This document shows positions 35,217-41,592 of a DNA stretch of 43,973 nt, piece after piece. This stretch comes from a virus. Every line of letters starts with the position of its first letter. Position 1 is the stretch's first letter. The DNA is taken from the IMG/VR virus record IMGVR_UViG_3300028898_000020, one strand, 5' to 3'. Under the pieces are notes generated by a model, which was not told where the DNA came from, did no database searches, and saw only the letters and a program-made list of their open reading frames with translations. A program made the position numbers and the translations under genes.

Positions 35217-35246
35217 AATGTTGCCTCAATCGCAACTTACTGTCAA
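35217..35246 (-). promoter_or_regulatory. Leftward early promoter (TTGACA-N18-AACATT)
   Basis: On the minus strand the -35 TTGACA lies at 35241-35246 and the -10 AACATT at 35217-35222. The operator at 35221-35235 lies between and over them. Confidence 0.55.
35221..35235. promoter_or_regulatory. Operator TTGCCTCAATCGCAA (TTGC-N7-GCAA)
   Basis: 15-bp dyad. Its reverse complement TTGCGATTGAGGCAA matches 36462-36476 at 14/15 positions. Confidence 0.6.
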
Positions 35247-35266
35247 TAAATCACTTAATTTCTTGC

Positions 35267-35281
35267 TTGCGTTTCTCGCAA
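35267..35281. promoter_or_regulatory. Operator TTGCGTTTCTCGCAA (TTGC-N7-GCAA)
   Basis: Second dyad of the same class, 21-35 nt upstream of the repressor GTG start. Confidence 0.5.
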
Positions 35282-35301
35282 GTTAGACTAAAAATGCTGC
35301 G

Positions 35302-36006
35302 GTGAAAGAAACAAACGTCCACCCCTCCTCCGCAGAGATCGGCGCCGCGATTCGGCGCATTCGACTCCGCAAGCGCTTGACCTTGGCCCAGGTGGGCGCC
35401 CTCATGGGGGCGACGACAGGCAGTGCGAAGAGCAGCCTATCCAAGGTGGAAACCGCGAAGCAAGGCTACACGGGCGAATTCCTCCGAAAAGTTGCCGAAG
35501 CTCTCGGCGTGACCGAAATCGACATCTACCTGGAAGCGAGCGGCGAGATCGAACAGGGACCAGAAATCAAGGGCACCGTGCCCCTTATCTCCTGGGTGCA
35601 AGCCGGGCATTGGCAAGACATCCCACAGGAAGACCATCACCACACCGGGAATGAAAGTTCTGGCCGAACGCAGGCCCGCGAGCCCCACGTGCCCTACCAC
35701 GCCGGTGAACGGGTGCATACCACGTATCGGGCACGCAAAAACACTTACGCCTTGCGGGTGCGCGGCGACAGCATGGAACCAAAATTCCCCGACGGAGCAA
35801 TCCTCATTGTCGAACCTGACGAGAACCCCGAACCCGGCGCGTTCGTAATCGTTCGGCACAACGGAGGTGAAGCCACCTTCAAGCAGCTCATGCAAGACGG
35901 CGGCACCAGATACCTGAAACCACTGAACCCTAGATACCCCATCCTTGAGGTGAAGCCGGACGCCGTCTTTTGCGGCGTGGTCAAGCGAGTGGAGATGGAC
36001 GTGTGA
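35302..36006 (+). CDS. CI-like repressor (XRE HTH + S24 LexA-like autopeptidase)
   Basis: 234 aa, GTG start. HTH LTLAQVGALMGATTGSAKSSLSKVETAKQ; peptidase ALRVRGDSMEP ... ATFKQL (Ser/Lys dyad). Confidence 0.9.
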   Translation: MKETNVHPSSAEIGAAIRRIRLRKRLTLAQVGALMGATTGSAKSSLSKVETAKQGYTGEFLRKVAEALGVTEIDIYLEASGEIEQGPEIKGTVPLISWVQAGHWQDIPQEDHHHTGNESSGRTQAREPHVPYHAGERVHTTYRARKNTYALRVRGDSMEPKFPDGAILIVEPDENPEPGAFVIVRHNGGEATFKQLMQDGGTRYLKPLNPRYPILEVKPDAVFCGVVKRVEMDV

Positions 36007-36305
36007 TGGAAGCGCTTGAACTTCTTCTGAGCTTCGGTGTTACTTGGGTGGTGATCCTCGTTCCGCCAGCGTTGATTCGGGCAGTTCGTCGCAAGCCCCT
36101 GGTGAAAAAGACCGCCGCGTGGACCTGTTTTTTCCTGTACTTCGCCGAGGTGATATTTTTCGAGGCCCTGGGTAGTCAAAGCAAATCCCACTTGGCGGTG
36201 CTGGTAGGGGCCTTCGCTAGCTATCACGTGCTGCGGTGGCAATCCACAGCTTCCGCCCGCCGCGCTGTTGCCGAGCAGCGCAGGGCGCTAGGGTACGACG
36301 ACTAG
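36006..36305 (+). CDS. Small 3-TM membrane protein co-transcribed with the repressor (candidate superinfection-exclusion factor)
   Basis: ATG 36006 overlaps the repressor stop (TGATG); 99 aa. Three hydrophobic helices; followed by a terminator. Confidence 0.6.
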   Translation: MEALELLLSFGVTWVVILVPPALIRAVRRKPLVKKTAAWTCFFLYFAEVIFFEALGSQSKSHLAVLVGAFASYHVLRWQSTASARRAVAEQRRALGYDD

Positions 36306-36329
36306 ACATTTTCCTCCCCGTTCCGCTTC

Positions 36330-36352
36330 AGCCCGCCCCGTGCGGGCTTTTT
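36330..36352 (+). terminator. Intrinsic terminator of the immunity cassette
   Basis: AGCCCGC-CCCGT-GCGGGCT hairpin followed by a T-run (TTTTT, the first T shared with the stem). Confidence 0.7.
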
Positions 36353-36421
36353 CACGACGCGCCAATAGCTCTTAGCTATCGTAGCAGCTTCACGATTAAA
36401 ACAAATGTGCGTTTGTTTCTG

Positions 36422-36451
36422 TTGACGCAACTTCTTGGTTTCCGCTACATT
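36422..36451 (+). promoter_or_regulatory. Rightward early promoter (TTGACG-N18-TACATT)
   Basis: -35 at 36422-36427, -10 at 36446-36451. AT-richer context; the AAGGAG RBS of the first gene lies downstream. Confidence 0.55.
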
Positions 36452-36461
36452 AGCTTCAATG

Positions 36462-36476
36462 TTGCGATTGAAGCAA
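36462..36476. promoter_or_regulatory. Operator TTGCGATTGAAGCAA (TTGC-N7-GCAA)
   Basis: Lies just downstream of the -10. The extended match GTTGCGATTGA[G/A]GCAACA is shared (17/18) with the leftward promoter. Confidence 0.6.
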
Positions 36477-36502
36477 CAAATATTCAAACCAAGGAGTGAC
36501 AG

Positions 36503-37645
36503 ATGCCAAAAGTCAAAGTCCCGCCGCCCAGCGCCGCCGTTACCGCTGTCGAGCCCGCACCCGCCGAGCCAACCCCTCCCGCACCGGCAACAGTCGTCGC
36601 CTACAAGGGCTTCGACAAAGACCTCAGGTGCCGGGGCTATCAGTACGAGATCGGCAAGACGCACACGCACGACGGCCCGGTCAAGCACTGCAAGTCCGGT
36701 TTTCACGCCTGCGAAAACCCGCTCGACATGTTCGACTACTACGCGCCAGGCACCAGCCGATACGGCGAAGTGGAGATGGGCGGCGACATCAGCCGGGAGA
36801 CAGACGACGACACGAAGATCGCCAGCGCCAGCATCACCGTCAAGGTCGAAATCGGCGTGCCGGTCATCGTTGCAAGAGCGATTGAGTGGATCACCGCACT
36901 GTGCAATCCCTCCGACGAACAACACGCCACGGGCGACCGGTCGGCCAGCTCGGCCACGGGCGACCGGTCGGCCAGCTCGGCCACGGGCGACCGGTCGGCC
37001 AGCTCGGCCACGGGCTACCGGTCGGCCAGCTCGGCCACGGGCTACCAGTCGGCCAGCTCGGCCACGGGCGACCAGTCGGCCAGCTCGGCCACGGGCGACC
37101 GGTCGGCCAGCTCGGCCACGGGCGACCGGTCGGCCAGCTCGGCCACGGGCTACCAGTCGGCCAGCTCGGCCACGGGCGACCGGTCGGCCAGCTCGGCCAC
37201 GGGCTACCAGTCGGCCAGCTCGGCCACGGGCGACCAGTCGGCCAGCTCGGCCACGGGCTACCAGTCGGCCAGCTCGGCCACGGGCGACCAGTCGGCCAGC
37301 TCGGCCACGGGCTACCAGTCGGCCAGCTCGGCCACGGGCGACCGGTCGGCCAGCTCGGCCACGGGCTACCGGTCGGCCAGCTCGGCCACGGGCTACCGGT
37401 CGGCCAGCTCGGCCACGGGCTACCAGTCGGCCAGCTCGGCCACGGGCGATAGCGCAGTAGCGCTCAATGTTGGAGTGCTCGGCAAAGCGCGGGCTTCCGA
37501 AGGCGGGGCGATCGTTCTGTGCGCTCACGATGACGACGGCAAGCTGCTCCACATCCGCGCGTCCAAGGTGGGTGACAACGGCATCAAGCCCGACGTCTTC
37601 TACACGCTGAGCCAGACCGGCGAATTCGTCGAGGTGGCCGAATGA
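36503..37645 (+). CDS. Tandem-nonapeptide-repeat protein (DUF7666-like N- and C-terminal domains, from memory)
   Basis: 380 aa, AAGGAG RBS. N-domain YKGFDKDLRCRGYQYEIGKTHTH..CKSGFHACENPLDMFDYY. 19 repeats of ATG[D/Y][R/Q]SASS. C-domain DNGIKPDVFYTLSQTGEFVEV. Confidence 0.85.
   Translation: MPKVKVPPPSAAVTAVEPAPAEPTPPAPATVVAYKGFDKDLRCRGYQYEIGKTHTHDGPVKHCKSGFHACENPLDMFDYYAPGTSRYGEVEMGGDISRETDDDTKIASASITVKVEIGVPVIVARAIEWITALCNPSDEQHATGDRSASSATGDRSASSATGDRSASSATGYRSASSATGYQSASSATGDQSASSATGDRSASSATGDRSASSATGYQSASSATGDRSASSATGYQSASSATGDQSASSATGYQSASSATGDQSASSATGYQSASSATGDRSASSATGYRSASSATGYRSASSATGYQSASSATGDSAVALNVGVLGKARASEGGAIVLCAHDDDGKLLHIRASKVGDNGIKPDVFYTLSQTGEFVEVAE
36926..37450 (+). repeat. 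27-bp tandem repeat, 19.4 copies, in frame
   Basis: Unit GCCACGGGC[G/T]ACC[G/A]GTCGGCCAGCTCG. Copies are identical apart from the two bracketed positions. Confidence 0.95.
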
Positions 37646-38055
37646 CCCAATTCGCAATTCTCAGCAACGAGGAACTGGTCCGCCACGCGGATCTGGCCCT
37701 CGACCCGCTCACCTCGACCGACCTGGAGCGCGAGCTGCTGCGCCGCTTCGAAACCCTGGTGGGGGAGAACGGTCTGGCCGCCGCCGCGCTGGATGTTCTC
37801 GACGACTTCAACTTCGACGTGACCAAGACCGAGGGCGTCGAACAGATCCGCGACAGCCTGCAGTTCGCTGCCGACTTCAACCACAAGAGCTATCGCCCGC
37901 TGCTCGACGCCCTCGTCGATCACGACATCGACACGGCCGCCGCGCTGATCAAGCGCCTCGAACTGGCCACCGCTTTCGAATCCATCGCCAACGACGCAGG
38001 CGACGCTATCGCCCGCCTGCAGGACCTGATCACTTCCACCACCACCACCAACTGA
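37642..38055 (+). CDS. Hypothetical acidic protein
   Basis: 137 aa, ATGA-coupled. Confidence 0.6.
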   Translation: MTQFAILSNEELVRHADLALDPLTSTDLERELLRRFETLVGENGLAAAALDVLDDFNFDVTKTEGVEQIRDSLQFAADFNHKSYRPLLDALVDHDIDTAAALIKRLELATAFESIANDAGDAIARLQDLITSTTTTN

Positions 38056-38064
38056 AAGGCAACC

Positions 38065-38538
38065 ATGAGTCTCGAAGCCACCCTCGAAGCACACAGCACC
38101 GCGCTGCAAGAAAACACCGCCACCCTGCGCGATCTGCTCGCCGCCTGGAACAAACTGGCCGCCAACGCCAACAAGGTCACCGCCGACCAGATCGCCGAGA
38201 AGGGTCTCAACGCGGGCGGCGTGCCGATCGTCCCCCCAAAGCCGAAGGCCGAGGCCTCGGCGACCAAGGCCACCCCCACCCCCAAGGTGGCACCTGCTGC
38301 GGCTTCCCAACCGCCGGCGACCGCCGCTGCCTCGCCTGCCTCAAAGCCCGAGGATACGAGCCCCGCCGCTCCCGTCACGTATGACGACGTGCGCGCCCTG
38401 GTCGTCAAGGTCTCGCGCACCAAGGGCGAGGACGTGGCCCGCGCGGTGCTCACCGGCCTGGGCGTTGCCAAGGCGCCCGCCCTGACGCCCGAGCAGTACC
38501 CCGAGGCGGTGGCGCAACTCCAGGCAGCGCTGGCATGA
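38065..38538 (+). CDS. Hypothetical protein with Pro/Ala-rich linker
   Basis: 157 aa, upstream of and coupled to the nuclease gene. Confidence 0.6.
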   Translation: MSLEATLEAHSTALQENTATLRDLLAAWNKLAANANKVTADQIAEKGLNAGGVPIVPPKPKAEASATKATPTPKVAPAAASQPPATAAASPASKPEDTSPAAPVTYDDVRALVVKVSRTKGEDVARAVLTGLGVAKAPALTPEQYPEAVAQLQAALA

Positions 38539-39815
38539 GCGAGCACGCCCGCCTCTCCCCGTCATCCGCCCACAGGTGGATGGCGTGTCCCGGCTCGGTG
38601 CTGCTGGAGATGTCTAAGCCCGACACCTCCAGCGAGTTCGCCGACGAGGGCACCGCAGCCCACACCCTGGCCGCCATGTGCCTCACCGAGGGCACCGACG
38701 CCGCGGCCTACCTGGGCCGCATCATCCCGGCCGGCGAGCGCGAGTTCACGGTCGACGAGGACATGGCCGGCCACGTGCAGACCTACATCGACGCCATCCG
38801 CGCCCAGGTGCAAGGTGGCGACCTGATGGTCGAGCAGCGCGTGGAGTTCTCGGGCTACGTCGACGTGGCCGACCAGTTCGGCACTGCTGACGTGGTCATC
38901 GTCAGCCAGCAGGCCGACCACCTCAAGGTGTTCGACCTCAAGTACGGCCAGGGCGTGCGCGTCGATGCCTTCGAGGTGCTGGGCCCTTGCGACGGCACCA
39001 GCACTGCCGCCCCGGTGATGGGACCGAACCCCCAGCTCGCGCTGTACGCGCTGGGCGCGCTCGACAAGTTCTCGATGCTGGGCGACTTCGAGCGGGTTGT
39101 CATCGGCGTGCACCAGCCCCGGCTGGACCACGTCAGCGAGCACGTCCTCGACGTGGCCGAGCTGCTGGCCTTTGGCGAGAAGGCCAAAACCGCCGCGCGC
39201 AAGGCCATGGACATCGTCGACACCGGCATCTGGGGTCCCGAGGACCTGGTGCCGGGCGAGACGCAATGCAAGTTCTGCAAGGCCAAAGCCACCTGCCCCA
39301 AGCTCACGGCCGAAGTCGCTGCCACGGTTGCGGGTGACGCCACCGCCGACGACTTCGACGTGATCATCGACGGCCAGGACATCGCAGTGCGCGCGCCCGA
39401 GGATCTGGGCTACTTCATGGCCCGCGTCGACCTTGTCGAACAGTGGTGCAAGGCCGTGCGCGCCGAGACCGAGCGCCGCCTGCTCGCCGGCATCCCCGTG
39501 GCCGGGTGGAAGCTGGTACAGGGCAAGAAGGGCAACCGCCAGTGGGCCGACGCCAAGGCCGCCGAGGACATGCTCAAAACCATGCGGGTCAAGCACGAAG
39601 AGATGTACGACTACTCGGTGATCAGCCCCACCAGCGCTGAGAAGCTGTGGAAAGCCAAGATCATCGGCCCGCGCCAGTGGCCCACGCTGCAGGGCCTGAT
39701 CGTCCAGAGCAACGGCAAGCCCAGCGTGGCGCCGGAGTCCGACAAGCGCCCGGCCCTGCAGCTCGCCACCGCCGACGACTTCGACGCCATCGAAGCGGGG
39801 GCCGATCTTGTCTGA
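38535..39815 (+). CDS. PD-(D/E)XK RecB/Cas4-like exonuclease (DUF2800-type)
   Basis: 426 aa. [24 protein letters not shown], and the Cys cluster [11 protein letters not shown]. Confidence 0.8.
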   Translation: MSEHARLSPSSAHRWMACPGSVLLEMSKPDTSSEFADEGTAAHTLAAMCLTEGTDAAAYLGRIIPAGEREFTVDEDMAGHVQTYIDAIRAQVQGGDLMVEQRVEFSGYVDVADQFGTADVVIVSQQADHLKVFDLKYGQGVRVDAFEVLGPCDGTSTAAPVMGPNPQLALYALGALDKFSMLGDFERVVIGVHQPRLDHVSEHVLDVAELLAFGEKAKTAARKAMDIVDTGIWGPEDLVPGETQCKFCKAKATCPKLTAEVAATVAGDATADDFDVIIDGQDIAVRAPEDLGYFMARVDLVEQWCKAVRAETERRLLAGIPVAGWKLVQGKKGNRQWADAKAAEDMLKTMRVKHEEMYDYSVISPTSAEKLWKAKIIGPRQWPTLQGLIVQSNGKPSVAPESDKRPALQLATADDFDAIEAGADLV

Positions 39816-40011
39816 CACCGCCCCGCCCCAACCAGGCCGCCCACCGGTGAGCGAACACCTGCCCCCACAGGCGCGGTGGCGCCTGGTGCGCGCGGCCCAG
39901 ACCCCCATCACGGACGACGACCCGCTGGCCCGCGTCCGTGCCGTCAACGAGGCCAGCACCCTCGCCCGACTCCAACACCCCGAACTTTTCAAGAAAGAAG
40001 ACGCATCATGA
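39808..40011 (+). CDS. Hypothetical protein
   Basis: 67 aa; TTG start overlapping the upstream 3' end; stop overlaps the next ATG. Confidence 0.4.
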   Translation: MSDTAPPQPGRPPVSEHLPPQARWRLVRAAQTPITDDDPLARVRAVNEASTLARLQHPELFKKEDAS

Positions 40012-40556
40012 AACTCAAGCTCACCAACGTCCGCCTGGCATTCCCCAAGCTGTTCGTGGCCAAGGCCGCAGAGGCCGGCGGCAATCCCACTTACGGCGCC
40101 GCGTTCCTGATCGAACCCGACGATGCCCAGCTCAAGGGTATCAACCTGGCCATGGACGCCGTCGCCGCCGAGAAGTGGGGCACCAAGGCCCCCGGCATCG
40201 TTGCGCTGCTGCGCAAGACCGACAAGATGGCCCTGCACGACGGCGACCTCAAAGCGCAATACGCCGGCTTCCCCGGAATGATGTTCGTGTCCACCAACAG
40301 CGCCACCCGCCCGGTGGTGATCGACACCGACAAGACCCCGCTCACGGCCGAGGACGGCAAGCCCTACGGCGGCTGTTACGTCAACGCCACGGTGGAGTTC
40401 TGGGCGCAGGACAACAAGTTCGGCAAGCGCGTGAACGCGCAGCTGCTGGGCGTGCAGTTCTTCCGCGACGGCGACAGCTTCGGTGGTGGCAGCGTCGGCA
40501 GCGTCGATGACTTCGACGACCTGGCCGAAGGCGCCGCCGAGGACTCGCTGGTCTGA
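40008..40556 (+). CDS. Phage ssDNA-binding protein (DUF2815-type)
   Basis: ATG 40008; 182 aa. [17 protein letters not shown]-terminus and acidic tail VDDFDDLAEGAAEDSLV. Confidence 0.75.
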   Translation: MKLKLTNVRLAFPKLFVAKAAEAGGNPTYGAAFLIEPDDAQLKGINLAMDAVAAEKWGTKAPGIVALLRKTDKMALHDGDLKAQYAGFPGMMFVSTNSATRPVVIDTDKTPLTAEDGKPYGGCYVNATVEFWAQDNKFGKRVNAQLLGVQFFRDGDSFGGGSVGSVDDFDDLAEGAAEDSLV

Positions 40557-40575
40557 AAGGTGTACGGTGGGTTAC

Positions 40576-41034
40576 ATGCTTTTGTGCGTCGAAGCAGTTT
40601 GCCGGGCGCGGCTGCGCGAGTTTGACTACGACGTAGAAAACCGGCGTGTGTGGGAGACCCATTGGCGACGACTAAAGAGCGGAAAGCTCGGCGCGCGTAG
40701 CTACCGGTCAGCATACAAATACAGCCCCCTTCTGGTGTGCGATGCGTGTAAACGCCAGGGAACCAACGCCCCCTGTAAGAGCCAGGTGCGCCCCGCTTTT
40801 TGTTTTAAAGACCCAGGCCTGAAGAAGCGGGGTCGCTCGGCGACCCAGGCCGACTATTACAGGTATCTGTGCTTCGGTTGCGAGTCGAAAGTGCGTGCCT
40901 TGCAAAAACGTTTCGATGACGCCGACAGGCTACGAATTGACATCAACAAACTGAAAGAACATCTAAATGAAAGCTCCAAAAACAATGCCGGAAATGCGGG
41001 AAGCCCTGGCGCAGATCATGACGGGCGCGCTTAA
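40576..41034 (+). CDS. Cys-rich hypothetical protein in a low-GC island
   Basis: 152 aa from ATG 40576. CDAC and CFGC pairs plus extra Cys residues. Local GC is clearly lower than in the flanks. Confidence 0.5.
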   Translation: MLLCVEAVCRARLREFDYDVENRRVWETHWRRLKSGKLGARSYRSAYKYSPLLVCDACKRQGTNAPCKSQVRPAFCFKDPGLKKRGRSATQADYYRYLCFGCESKVRALQKRFDDADRLRIDINKLKEHLNESSKNNAGNAGSPGADHDGRA

Positions 41035-41209
41035 CGGAACCGTCAAATTGGACGAAGGCCGTTTGGCTCTTAACGCGGCTACCCGGATCGTCGAGTCTGT
41101 ACAAGCGGAGACCCGCGCTCGTGCTCTGGCTTTGGCCGCCGGCCAAACGATAGCCCCGGACATGCCCCTGACGACAGCGGCATTTCTCGACAAAACGCCA
41201 GCTATCTGA
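40967..41209 (+). CDS. Hypothetical protein
   Basis: 80 aa; overlaps the previous ORF by 68 nt. GC-rich third positions from about 40985 onward. Confidence 0.5.
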   Translation: MKAPKTMPEMREALAQIMTGALNGTVKLDEGRLALNAATRIVESVQAETRARALALAAGQTIAPDMPLTTAAFLDKTPAI

Positions 41210-41406
41210 TGGCCTCGGTAACCATCACGGTCACCGACGTGACCGCCACCGGCCCCAAGGTCGAGGCGAACGTCATGGTCGAGACCCGGTATGTCGGCGC
41301 GGTGGAGGGGCAACCCTTCACCCCCGCCATGCTGCTGGCCCGCCACATGGTGCTGGCGGCCGAGCGAGCTCTCGGCACGTCGGTGACCGAGATCGAAACC
41401 CACTGA
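41209..41406 (+). CDS. Hypothetical protein
   Basis: 65 aa, TGATG-coupled. Confidence 0.5.
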   Translation: MASVTITVTDVTATGPKVEANVMVETRYVGAVEGQPFTPAMLLARHMVLAAERALGTSVTEIETH

Positions 41407-41409
41407 CCT

Positions 41410-41592
41410 ATGGCAAGGCCCGTGCACGATTCCTCCAGCCCCGGCTTGCCTCGGGGCAGCAAGGCCCCCGAGGCCAACCCCGCCGGACCTTGCCGGACTT
41501 TGCAAGCGGGACGACTCAAACCCTGGCACGGTGAAAAACATACAGGGAATCGGGGGCAATCGGCTCAACCCAATCTTGAGAGAACAGCGTGA
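41410..41592 (+). CDS. Possible small ORF upstream of the polymerase gene (uncertain)
   Basis: 60 aa. Its stop overlaps the polymerase GTG (GTGA), but there is no RBS and codon bias decays in the second half. The region also folds into GC hairpins. Confidence 0.25.
   Translation: MARPVHDSSSPGLPRGSKAPEANPAGPCRTLQAGRLKPWHGEKHTGNRGQSAQPNLERTA

Noticed and set aside
36365-36379. 15-bp palindrome ATAGCTCTTAGCTAT between the terminator and the rightward promoter as an additional operator
   Set aside because: It is a single occurrence, unrelated to the TTGC-N7-GCAA class, and lies about 45 bp upstream of the -35. There is too little evidence to call it a site.
36926-37450. Possible CRISPR array (regular 27-bp repeats)
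   Set aside because: The repeats are contiguous with no spacers, lie in frame inside a 380-aa ORF with N- and C-terminal domains, and no cas genes are present. This is a coding tandem repeat.
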